From Acholeplasmataceae bacterium (GTDB taxonomy: Bacteria; Bacillota_I; Bacilli_A; Acholeplasmatales; Acholeplasmataceae), in NCBI GenBank assembly GCA_963675245.1, contig OY775910.1, positions 1 through 64,000 of the forward strand: a stretch of DNA of 64,000 nt, in the 5' to 3' direction. Shown piece after piece: positions 46,431 to 55,744 of the stretch. The notes under the pieces are model-generated. The model was not told the origin of the DNA, did not search any database, and was given only the letters and a program-made list of their open reading frames with translations. How positions within the stretch are numbered: the first letter of the stretch is position 1; every line of letters starts with the position of its first letter. A program made the position numbers and the translations under genes.

Positions 46431-47534
46431 TTAGTGTAGTGTTACAAAAGGTATATCAAATGCTTCAGAAACACCTTTACATGTGCAATTTCCTTGATAA
46501 CAATTGACGCCTTCTTTTAATGCTTCATTTTGTGCAAATGCTTGCTCTAGTCCATAATCAGCAATCAGTAAACCATATCTTAAAGTGGCATGATTCAATG
46601 CTTCAGTAGATGTTCTAGGTACTGCACCAGGCATATTAGCAACCGCATAATGAATGATACCATCGACCACATAAGTAGGATTATCATGATATGTAGCATG
46701 TGATACTTCAGTCGCACCACCTTGATCAATCGCAACATCCACGATAACACTTCCAGGCTTCATTTTCTTATAATAGTCTCGTTTGATAAGTTTAGGTGCT
46801 TTTTCACCAGGTAAGAGCACTGCACCTATCACTAAGTCAGCCTCTGTAACTGCTTTTTCAATATGATCTGATGTCGAATAAAGTGTTTGAATTCTGTTTC
46901 CAAATAAATCATCTAAATAGGTTAATTTCTTTAAATTAACATCGAGAACAGTTACTGCTGCTCCCATACCAACAAGCATCTTCAGTGCATTTTCACCAAC
47001 AACACCTGCGCCGATAATGGCTACTTTTGCTTGTGATACACCAGGTACACCAGACACTAACACACCTGATCCACCAAACGGTTTTTCAAGACATTTTGCA
47101 CCTTCAATAGCAGCTAATCTTCCAGCTACTTCGCTCATGGGTGCAAGACAAGGTAGTGAACCATCACTTTCTTTAATGGTTTCATACGCAACAGCTTTAA
47201 CTTGATTATCAAGTAAAGCTCTTGCCAAAGGTTCATTGGCCGCAAGATGTAAATATGTATACAGCAATAAATCTGGTCTTAAATGTGTAAATTCTTCTTC
47301 TAATGGTTCTTTAACTTTAACCATCATATCACATGATGACCAAACGTCTTTTGCTTTAGCAAGTATTTTTGCACCTGCTTTTTCATAATCATCATTGGTA
47401 TAACCAGAACCAAGACCAGCATCCTTTTCAACAATTACTTGATGCCCATGTGCGATATACTCTTTAACACTACTTGGGGTTAGGCCGACTCGAAACTCAT
47501 ATTTTTTAAGTTCCTTAACTGTTCCAACAATCAT
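46431..47534 (-). CDS. ald: Alanine dehydrogenase
   Basis: EFRVGLTP, KVKEP, YLHLAA, PMSEVAGR, DVAIDQGG and VANMPGAVP motifs. Confidence 0.97.
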   Translation of the reverse strand: MIVGTVKELKKYEFRVGLTPSSVKEYIAHGHQVIVEKDAGLGSGYTNDDYEKAGAKILAKAKDVWSSCDMMVKVKEPLEEEFTHLRPDLLLYTYLHLAANEPLARALLDNQVKAVAYETIKESDGSLPCLAPMSEVAGRLAAIEGAKCLEKPFGGSGVLVSGVPGVSQAKVAIIGAGVVGENALKMLVGMGAAVTVLDVNLKKLTYLDDLFGNRIQTLYSTSDHIEKAVTEADLVIGAVLLPGEKAPKLIKRDYYKKMKPGSVIVDVAIDQGGATEVSHATYHDNPTYVVDGIIHYAVANMPGAVPRTSTEALNHATLRYGLLIADYGLEQAFAQNEALKEGVNCYQGNCTCKGVSEAFDIPFVTLH

Positions 47535-47594
47535 TAGCGTCTCCTTATTAACTTTTAATATAAAACTATTTTAACATATCTATGTGCTCTTTAA

Positions 47595-48641
47595 TCACTC
47601 ATCAACTAATTTATGTGCTTCAAATGTATTTTTTAAGACATCATATAACAATTTGTGATTTTGAGTTAATTGTTTTAATGCTTTTTCACCTATTTTATTA
47701 GGTTCATAATCGAGATATCTTTTTAAATATCCCTCATCACCATATTTATCAATAATATGATCAAAGGCATGTTTAATTTGACCTTCAAGGTCTAAATTAG
47801 GATGTTTGTGAAGCTCATATTGTACCGTTCTTTCAATGACCTTATCAACATCTAATAAACGATCTGCTTCTGCCAATATTTTACCGTAAATGCTTCTTGG
47901 TTCCTCTGTGTTAGATGCTCTGTGATCAAAAATGGCATCGACCATGATTTGAATCTCGTCACTATGATAATGTTTTAGGACATAGGGATCTTTTTGTAGT
48001 AGTTCACCTGAGGTAATATGATGTGTTTTTCGACCAAATTGTAATCCTAAATCATGAAAACATGCTACCAAATAAACCATATCCTTACGTGCTGGATAAT
48101 CATTGACTAAATCGAAAGATGCTTTAACAACCTCAAAAATATGATCTCTATGGTGTCCTTCATCAAATTGATCATATTGTGGTAATATGTGGTCTTCTAT
48201 ATATGTAAAGAGTGACATAGGTACATCTTTTTCTATGTTTAAAATATCTTTATATAACTTAAGGAAAACATCACGATCATTTTGATATGTAAGTTTTTCT
48301 AGCACTTGATCTTCTTCGCACCAAAATACATCACTGACTTCAGCGATTTGCTTTGTCATGTTTTCCGTAATAGGTCTTCCTATAAAATATGTTAATTCTT
48401 TATATTTATCTGGTGCAGGACTATAACTCGTATATGCCCTATATGTTTTATCAATAAACGCCTTAATGCCAGTTTCTTCAAAGACTTCTCTTTTAGCTGT
48501 TTCATAATGTTTTTCATTATGCTCAATATGACCTTTTGGAAAACCAACATGTCCACCATTTTGATGTTTTATCATTAGAAATTCTCTCTTGTTTTTATGA
48601 AAATGATAAACAAGTGCACCACATGATTGCTCATTTGTCAC
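47595..48641 (-). CDS. NUDIX (Ap4A hydrolase-like) and HD-domain phosphohydrolase fusion
   Basis: SCGALV and the GFPKGHIE..E...ETAKREVFEETG Nudix box; then GHHRDH, FHDLG, HH, HRAS and AEADR; GTG start. Confidence 0.85.
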   Translation of the reverse strand: MTNEQSCGALVYHFHKNKREFLMIKHQNGGHVGFPKGHIEHNEKHYETAKREVFEETGIKAFIDKTYRAYTSYSPAPDKYKELTYFIGRPITENMTKQIAEVSDVFWCEEDQVLEKLTYQNDRDVFLKLYKDILNIEKDVPMSLFTYIEDHILPQYDQFDEGHHRDHIFEVVKASFDLVNDYPARKDMVYLVACFHDLGLQFGRKTHHITSGELLQKDPYVLKHYHSDEIQIMVDAIFDHRASNTEEPRSIYGKILAEADRLLDVDKVIERTVQYELHKHPNLDLEGQIKHAFDHIIDKYGDEGYLKRYLDYEPNKIGEKALKQLTQNHKLLYDVLKNTFEAHKLVDE

Positions 48642-48714
48642 AACCTCACATCCTCTCGTTCATATTATAGCATGTTGAAGCCATCATATCATAAATAAAC
48701 ATCATGTGTGACCA

Positions 48715-48743
48715 TTGTATAAAGCGTTTCCATCATGTATAAT
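48715..48743 (+). promoter_or_regulatory. glgAC promoter with a cre/LacI-like site in the spacer
   Basis: TTGTAT, 17 bp, TATAAT; ATAAAGCGTTTCCA at 48719-48732. Confidence 0.55.
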
Positions 48744-48766
48744 TAAAAGTGATAGGAGGTGTTCTT

Positions 48767-50194
48767 ATGCGTGTCTTTTTTGTGAGTTCTGAAGCTTTTC
48801 CGTTCAGTAAGACCGGAGGCTTAGCTGATATGGCATATTTTTTACCACAAGGATTAAAAGATCTTGGACATCAAGTAAAAGTGATTACACCTTACTATAA
48901 AACAATAGGCAAATACCATCATGATATGCACTTTCTCGGAAGAAAATTAATTCAAATCGGTGGTTTAGAAACGATTGTGAATTATTTCGGGTTAACCTAT
49001 GAAGGTCTCAATTATATTTTCATTCAAAATATGCATTATTTCGAACGTGAAAATCTTTATGGTTATCCTGATGATGCCGAACGATTTACGTGTTTTGATT
49101 ATGCAGCTTTAGAAGTGATGGATACCTTAGGAGAATATCCAGATATCCTTCATCTAAATGACTGGCAAACTGGTATGATTCCTTATCTATTAGATGAGCA
49201 TTATCGTGATAAAAATGAAGGTTATTACAGTATTCATACACTACTGACGATTCATAATCTTCAGTATCAAGGTTCATTTGATTCCTATGTATCACGCTTT
49301 TTCAATACACCTTTTAACTATACATATATGCATTTCGATAACGTCAACTTTTTAAAGGCAGGCATTTCAAGAGCTACTAAAATCAATACTGTTAGTCCAG
49401 AGTACCGTAATGAAATTCTAGATATGGCTAATGGCTTCTCTTTAGATGGTGCTTTATGGCAAAGAAAAGATGATTTCACTGGTATTTTAAATGGCATTGA
49501 TCATCGTGTGTTTAATCCTTCGGATGACCCGTTTATTGAAGCCACCTATAATAAAAAGAATGTACATAGTCAGAAAAGACTTAATAAAGAAGCTATTTTA
49601 AATCATTTTAATTTATCGATTCTTCTAAATGCACCATTAATTGTGTATGTAGGAAGACTTGCTACACAAAAAGGTATAGATTTAATCGTGAATGCCATTG
49701 AAGATGTGGTCTTAGGGAGTGATGCATCGTTTATACTCATGGGATCCGGTGATAAAGAATATGAATCTGCAATTAGAAATTTAACGAATAAATATCCAAA
49801 TCGTATTGGTAATTATATTGGTTTTAATGAACAAATGGCACATCAATTATATGCCTCAGCCGATTTATTCTTAATGCCTTCTCAATTTGAACCTTGTGGT
49901 TTAGGTCAGATGATCGCGATGACTTATGGGACTTTACCTGTTGTTCGTGAAACGGGTGGTTTAAAAGATACAGTCATACCCTATAACAAATTCACAGGTG
50001 AAGGTACTGGTTTCACTTTTAAAGGATATAATGCAAATGAACTTAGAGATAAACTCTTTGATGCTATTTACTTATATCATGATGAACCAATCGTATTTAA
50101 ACAATTAATCAAACAAGCCATGTCAGTAGATTTCTCAACTAAACGTATGGCTAAAGCATATGAATCGTTATATCAAATTATTATAGGAGTGTGA
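48767..50194 (+). CDS. glgA: Glycogen synthase
   Basis: KTGGLAD, HLNDWQT, TIHNLQYQG, NGID, QKG, FEPCGL and TGGLKD motifs. Confidence 0.97.
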   Translation: MRVFFVSSEAFPFSKTGGLADMAYFLPQGLKDLGHQVKVITPYYKTIGKYHHDMHFLGRKLIQIGGLETIVNYFGLTYEGLNYIFIQNMHYFERENLYGYPDDAERFTCFDYAALEVMDTLGEYPDILHLNDWQTGMIPYLLDEHYRDKNEGYYSIHTLLTIHNLQYQGSFDSYVSRFFNTPFNYTYMHFDNVNFLKAGISRATKINTVSPEYRNEILDMANGFSLDGALWQRKDDFTGILNGIDHRVFNPSDDPFIEATYNKKNVHSQKRLNKEAILNHFNLSILLNAPLIVYVGRLATQKGIDLIVNAIEDVVLGSDASFILMGSGDKEYESAIRNLTNKYPNRIGNYIGFNEQMAHQLYASADLFLMPSQFEPCGLGQMIAMTYGTLPVVRETGGLKDTVIPYNKFTGEGTGFTFKGYNANELRDKLFDAIYLYHDEPIVFKQLIKQAMSVDFSTKRMAKAYESLYQIIIGV

Positions 50195-50198
50195 TGAC

Positions 50199-51425
50199 AT
50201 GGAAGTATTGACATTAATTTTAGCAGGTGGTAAAGGTTCTAGACTAGATATCTTATCAAACCGTCGCAGTAAACCAGCAATGCCTTTTGCTGGTAAATTT
50301 AGAATTATCGATTTTGCATTATCAAACTGTACACAATCCCATTTATACGATATCGGTATTCTCACTCAATATTTACCATTATCATTAAATGAACATATCG
50401 GTGCGGGTAAACCTTGGGATTTTGATAGACGTGATTCTGCTGTCACACTGCTTCAACCACATAACTATTGGTATTTAGGAACTGCTGATGCAGTTTTAAA
50501 AAATCTTGAATTCATGGAAAGACATGAACCAGCATATGTTCTCATTTTATCTGGTGATCATATCTACAAAATGGATTATCGTAAAATGATTAATCAACAT
50601 AAAAAGACAGGTGCGACACTGACGATTGCCACCCAACCTGTTCCTTCTTCTGAAACGTATCGTTTTGGTATGATGTCTACAGATGATAATAGCGTGATTA
50701 CAAAATTTGAAGAAAAACCAAATCAAACAACTGCAGAGCTTGCTTCAATGGGTATTTACCTATTTAATTATGATTTATTAAAAAAAGTTTTATTAAATAT
50801 ACATAGAGAAGATTTAGATTTTGGTAAACACATTATTCCTTATTTAATTGAAAATACGAAAGAACGTGTTTATGCTTATCGGTTTACTGATTATTGGATG
50901 GATGTAGGTACATATGATGCTTACTTAGATACGAATCTTGAAATGACGAAAGAATATACAAAATTAGATCTATATGATCCAACGTGGAAAGTCTATACGA
51001 AGAGTGAGGATTTGCCACCGGTTAAAGTTGGTAAAGAGGCTGTCATTAATCAAAGTTTAGTATCCAATGGTTGTATTATTGAAGGGACGGTTATTAATTC
51101 TGTCATTTCACCTGGTGTGAGAATTGGACGTGGCACAGTCGTAAAAGACAGTGTCATATTAAATGATGCTATTATTAGTGAAAATGTGACGATACAACGA
51201 TCAATCATTGATAAAAAAGTCGTCATTGGTAGAAATGCTTTTGTTGGTTTCGGTAATGATTTCACACCAAATAAAGAGAAACCACACCTATTAAGTAGTG
51301 GTATCACCGTAATCGAGAAAAAAACAGTAGTGCCTGGACATACTGTCATTGGTAGAAATTGTCGTATTTTCAGAACTGCAAACTTTGATAGTAAAATTGT
51401 TGAAAGCGGCGAAACACTTCAATAA
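50199..51425 (+). CDS. glgC: Glucose-1-phosphate adenylyltransferase
   Basis: LAGGKGSRL, KPAMPFAGKFRIIDF, GTADA, SGDHIYKMDY, FEEKP and DFGKHIIP motifs. Confidence 0.97.
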   Translation: MEVLTLILAGGKGSRLDILSNRRSKPAMPFAGKFRIIDFALSNCTQSHLYDIGILTQYLPLSLNEHIGAGKPWDFDRRDSAVTLLQPHNYWYLGTADAVLKNLEFMERHEPAYVLILSGDHIYKMDYRKMINQHKKTGATLTIATQPVPSSETYRFGMMSTDDNSVITKFEEKPNQTTAELASMGIYLFNYDLLKKVLLNIHREDLDFGKHIIPYLIENTKERVYAYRFTDYWMDVGTYDAYLDTNLEMTKEYTKLDLYDPTWKVYTKSEDLPPVKVGKEAVINQSLVSNGCIIEGTVINSVISPGVRIGRGTVVKDSVILNDAIISENVTIQRSIIDKKVVIGRNAFVGFGNDFTPNKEKPHLLSSGITVIEKKTVVPGHTVIGRNCRIFRTANFDSKIVESGETLQ

Positions 51426-51441
51426 CATGATCATGAATGAT

Positions 51442-51472
51442 AAAAAAATCACCAAATGGTGATTTTTATTTT
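51442..51472. terminator. Bidirectional terminator
   Basis: AAAAATCACC-AAAT-GGTGATTTTT. Confidence 0.75.
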
Positions 51473-51474
51473 AA

Positions 51475-52317
51475 CTATATCGATTGTTTATTAGAAACCA
51501 CATCTTTTTGGATTGCCCGTGTCCATAATTTTGAAGCTCCCACAAATAATTTAAATGTGATATACGACACTAGTGTAATACCAGCGAAATAAATGACGAT
51601 AAACATCAAAGCAGAAACATGTGGTTGAATCAAATTCAATATCACTAATCCTGTGTCATATGCAGGATTAATAAAGAACATATTGAAGGTTCCTGCATCT
51701 TGCATATAACGATTAAATAAACCATTTAATAGAATCGCGATTAAAATCACAACAGTCATTGGAATAACGCCTTTTAAGAGTGTTTTATAGGAATGTGATA
51801 CTTTACCCGAAAACACAAGCGCAAGCCCTACAGCGGCCATTGAGCCATGATAGAACATCGTTTGAATATTAATTCCTATTTCATTGACAAATACGGTTGC
51901 AGGATAGAACATAACTGCTAAACCTGCAAACAATGTGTAAGTAGCTAAAAAACTGGTTCCTAACTGATAGATTGTCTTATCTTTTGTGAATCCTACAATT
52001 AACATCGCATACATGGCAGTTGAACAAAATTGAAAAGGAAAAGCATACCATTGAAATTCCCAAACACCTGGACCTCTATATGTGAAAATAACTTGTTTAT
52101 AAACTTCAAAGATAATTAATGCTAGACCAATATTTCGTAACGTTCTTTTAACCCCTTGTTCATTTGTTTTCTTGAACTTAATCGTTAAAAGCACTGTATA
52201 AACAACCATTAATAACAGTGATAAATAATGAAACCAGCTTTGTTCAAAAGGTGCATAAGCGAGTGGTCGTTCCATCTTCAGTTCAAATAAATCTAAAAGT
52301 GCATTAAAAATCATCAT
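51475..52317 (-). CDS. YwaF/TMEM164-like integral membrane protein
   Basis: FEVYKQ, FPFQFCS, QTMFYHG and NMFFI motifs; multiple TM segments. Confidence 0.75.
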   Translation of the reverse strand: MMIFNALLDLFELKMERPLAYAPFEQSWFHYLSLLLMVVYTVLLTIKFKKTNEQGVKRTLRNIGLALIIFEVYKQVIFTYRGPGVWEFQWYAFPFQFCSTAMYAMLIVGFTKDKTIYQLGTSFLATYTLFAGLAVMFYPATVFVNEIGINIQTMFYHGSMAAVGLALVFSGKVSHSYKTLLKGVIPMTVVILIAILLNGLFNRYMQDAGTFNMFFINPAYDTGLVILNLIQPHVSALMFIVIYFAGITLVSYITFKLFVGASKLWTRAIQKDVVSNKQSI

Positions 52318-52325
52318 AATTTACC

Positions 52326-54545
52326 TCACATGAAATCATAAGGTGACAATTCATCCAATGGTTCTCGTTCATCTTCCTTATCATTTGGTGTTTCATTTAG
52401 TCTTAAAGCTAATGTTGTTTTACGTTTACTTTGTAAGTGATTAGCAGCATATACTAAGAGATTCATATCTCCTAATACTATGAGATATTGTTTGGCCCTT
52501 GTAATAGCTGTATAAATTAATTCTTTTTTTAACATATGCATATAGGGTTTAACAATTGGCATCATCACAATCTTATATTCAGACCCTTGTGCTTTATGGA
52601 TAGAAATGGCATAAGCGAGATTCAGTTCATCTAAATCTTCTTTTAAATACATCACTTCATTATCATCAAATCTAACAACGAGATATTGTTTCTTATCAAC
52701 ATTGGTACCTACTTTGGTTACAATCCCAATATCACCATTCATGATGGCTCTTTCAGGATCATTTACAAGTTGAATCACCTTATCTCCTTTGGCGTAGATT
52801 TTATCTCCGAAGGTCATGAAATCAATTGGATCAGGATTAAAAGCTTGTTGCAATACTTGATTCAATCTATCAATACCTAATTCACCACGATACATAGGTG
52901 CCAACACTTGAATGTCATCAATCATGGAATAACCTTGATTAAGGGCTCCTTGGACTTGTTTAATAATAATTTGATGAATCTGTTTTAGATATGCATGATA
53001 TAAGTATACATCATTTACACTTTCTAAATCAACCATGTCTAGGTTTTGTTCATTTACTTTTCTCGCAAGCGTAATAATTTGCGAGTCTTTTGCTTGTCTA
53101 TGAATTTGATTAAGTCTAACAACTGTCACACGATTTGACGCAATAATATCATATAAGACTTGACCTGGTCCAACAGATGGTAGTTGGTCAACATCACCAA
53201 CAATGACTACCTGTGCATCAGATCTGATTGCTTGAAATAATTGGTGTGCTAAATAAAGATCAATCATCGATGCTTCATCAATCACAATCAATTCTTGAGG
53301 GAGTGGTTGTGATTTATCATAGGCAAACAATCCATCATAACCATAACCTAAATGACGATGAATGGTGGATGCTTGTAAATCTAGAATTTCTTTAATGCGT
53401 TTCGCTGCTCTGCCTGTGGGAGCAAGCAATGCAACTTTTTGATACAATATTGGTCCACGATCTTTTAAATTATGATAAAGTCGATAAACTTCGATTAACC
53501 CGTCAATGATAGTCGTTTTACCAGTACCGGGTCCACCTGTGATAATCGTCACTTTATGTGTTAACGATTGCCTGATTGCATCCTTTTGTACGTCTGTATA
53601 TATTATGTTCTTTTGAAGCTCAACAGCATCAATAAGCGTATCAATATAATTGATATCTGCCGCTTCTAATGGTGTTTGTTCTATAGTTAAAAGTTCTTTT
53701 GCTAATGCTTTTTCAGTATGGTATGAGACAGATAAATAGTAACGATCATTTTCTATGATTAATCTATTTTCTTCTTGAAGTGCATGGATACCATCTTCAA
53801 TATCGACGTCTAAATTGAGTGTTTGAGCCGTATACTTAAATAATTCGTCTTTATTTAGATATAAATCACCATTCGCATAAGCTACATGTTCAAATGTATA
53901 AAGTATCGCTGCCTTAATACGGCGCATATCATCTTTATCAATGCCTAGTTTATGGGCAATTTCATCTGCTTTTAAAAAACCTATCCCTTCGATATCATCA
54001 ATTAATCTATATGGATTTTCCTCAATTTTTTCAATGGTTAACAATTCATATTTATCAATTAATTTCATCGCGATTTTTCCAGAAATATTATAACCATAGA
54101 GCGTTACCAACATGTGTTCATTTGCTTGATGTTCAATAATTTGATCATATAATTTTTTAATACGTATAGCCGATAAACCAACCGCTTCAAGTACTTGAGG
54201 ATTTTTTACAATTTGGTTGATTGCATCAGACCCTAATGTTTCAACTATTTTCTCGGCAGTTTTTGGACCAATACCAGTAAAAAAAGAAGACGATAAGTAA
54301 CTTACGACGCCTGAAAGTGATTGTGCTTCAGCTTTTTTAAAGGTTTCTACTTTTAATTGTTTACCATATGTTTGATGATGAACCCATTCACCTTTAAATT
54401 CATAGATGACATCTTCACTAATTTTAGGTAAATACCCTACAATCGTAACTAAGTCTTCTTCATCTGTAATCACACGAGCCACAGAATAACCGTTTTCGTC
54501 ATTACGAAATACATAATTTTTAATTTTGCCTTGAATTTGATCCAT
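52326..54545 (-). CDS. recD2: RecD2 (RecD/TraA family) DNA helicase
   Basis: GIGPKTA, ENPYRL..I.GIGF, GGPGTGKTT, APTGRAA, DEASM, DQLPSVG, AYAISIHKAQGSE and YTAITRA motifs. Confidence 0.95.
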   Translation of the reverse strand: MDQIQGKIKNYVFRNDENGYSVARVITDEEDLVTIVGYLPKISEDVIYEFKGEWVHHQTYGKQLKVETFKKAEAQSLSGVVSYLSSSFFTGIGPKTAEKIVETLGSDAINQIVKNPQVLEAVGLSAIRIKKLYDQIIEHQANEHMLVTLYGYNISGKIAMKLIDKYELLTIEKIEENPYRLIDDIEGIGFLKADEIAHKLGIDKDDMRRIKAAILYTFEHVAYANGDLYLNKDELFKYTAQTLNLDVDIEDGIHALQEENRLIIENDRYYLSVSYHTEKALAKELLTIEQTPLEAADINYIDTLIDAVELQKNIIYTDVQKDAIRQSLTHKVTIITGGPGTGKTTIIDGLIEVYRLYHNLKDRGPILYQKVALLAPTGRAAKRIKEILDLQASTIHRHLGYGYDGLFAYDKSQPLPQELIVIDEASMIDLYLAHQLFQAIRSDAQVVIVGDVDQLPSVGPGQVLYDIIASNRVTVVRLNQIHRQAKDSQIITLARKVNEQNLDMVDLESVNDVYLYHAYLKQIHQIIIKQVQGALNQGYSMIDDIQVLAPMYRGELGIDRLNQVLQQAFNPDPIDFMTFGDKIYAKGDKVIQLVNDPERAIMNGDIGIVTKVGTNVDKKQYLVVRFDDNEVMYLKEDLDELNLAYAISIHKAQGSEYKIVMMPIVKPYMHMLKKELIYTAITRAKQYLIVLGDMNLLVYAANHLQSKRKTTLALRLNETPNDKEDEREPLDELSPYDFM

Positions 54546-54585
54546 TTGACACCTCAAATATAGCCGTATTATATCATAATAATAG

Positions 54586-54610
54586 AAAAAAAAGGAACAA
54601 AGTTCCTTTT
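54586..54610 (-). terminator. Intrinsic terminator after mnmA
   Basis: AAAAGGAAC-AAA-GTTCCTTTT. Confidence 0.7.
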
Positions 54611-55739
54611 AACTATATTGTCTAAGTTTACCTTCACTAAATGCTTTGTCAATGAATCCACCACCCAAACAAACATCACCATCATAGAAGACACAAACTT
54701 GTCCAGGTGTGACTGCTTTAATTTTTTGTGGGTATGTGACTCGTATGGTAGTATCATCCATCCATGAGACCATGACATCATTGTCTTTCTGGCGATATCT
54801 AAATTTAGCCGTCATTTTACCGGATTTCTTTTCACCACGCCAAACGACATCAGTGATGATTGCTTCATCCGTAAATAAATTGGGATGATTTTTATTTGGT
54901 TCCACATAGAGGGTATTGGTCTTTAAATCTTTACCGACAACATACCATGCGTCAATCGTATCTTTGGTCCCACCGATGCCCAGTCCTTTACGCTGACCTA
55001 TTGTATAATTCATAAGGCCACTATGTTTCTTAATGATAGTACCATCTAATCGCTTCATATCTCCTGGTTGTGCTGGTAGGTAATTCGATAAAAATTCATT
55101 AAAATGTCTTTCACCAATAAAACAAATGCCTGTTGAATCTTTCTTATCAGCTGTTGCTAATCCTTCTCTTTCAGCGATCTTTCTCACTTCTTTTTTATCT
55201 AAATGTCCAATTGGGAATAAAACATTTTTTAATTGATCACTTCTGAGCTGTGATAAAAAATAGGTTTGATCTTTATTTTGATCTACTGCTCTTAAAAGTC
55301 TTGGTTCATCACCACTTAAATCAACTTGTGCATAATGACCCATCGCGATATAATCTGCATCAAAACGTTTAACATAATCAACAAATGCCTTAAATTTGAT
55401 TTCATTATTACAAAGCACATCAGGGTTTGGTGTTCTATTTTTCTTATATTCATCTAAAAAGTATGTAAATACGCGATCCCAATAGTCTTCAATAAAATCG
55501 ACTTTATGCAGTAAAATTCCTAATTTTTCAGCAACTAATTTCGCATCCTGATAATCTTTTTCTTGTTCACAAACTTCATCAAATGCTGTCGGATTACCTT
55601 TGAAATCCAAATTGGTAGCTGAATCCCAATTACGCATAAAAACGGCTTCTACGTCATAGCCGTCTTTAAGTAGTAGGTAGGCAGCAACACTGCTATCTAC
55701 ACCACCAGATAATCCTATAATAACTTTTTTCTTGTTCAT
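54609..55739 (-). CDS. mnmA: tRNA-specific 2-thiouridylase MnmA
   Basis: SGGVDSS, PNPDVLCN, KDQTYFL, DSTGICF, TIGQRKG and TPGQ motifs. Confidence 0.98.
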   Translation of the reverse strand: MNKKKVIIGLSGGVDSSVAAYLLLKDGYDVEAVFMRNWDSATNLDFKGNPTAFDEVCEQEKDYQDAKLVAEKLGILLHKVDFIEDYWDRVFTYFLDEYKKNRTPNPDVLCNNEIKFKAFVDYVKRFDADYIAMGHYAQVDLSGDEPRLLRAVDQNKDQTYFLSQLRSDQLKNVLFPIGHLDKKEVRKIAEREGLATADKKDSTGICFIGERHFNEFLSNYLPAQPGDMKRLDGTIIKKHSGLMNYTIGQRKGLGIGGTKDTIDAWYVVGKDLKTNTLYVEPNKNHPNLFTDEAIITDVVWRGEKKSGKMTAKFRYRQKDNDVMVSWMDDTTIRVTYPQKIKAVTPGQVCVFYDGDVCLGGGFIDKAFSEGKLRQYS

Positions 55740-55744
55740 TTAAA

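Noticed and set aside
54569..54781. 70-aa minus-strand ORF overlapping the end of mnmA
   Set aside because: It is an alternative frame inside mnmA that crosses the mnmA terminator, with no motif support.
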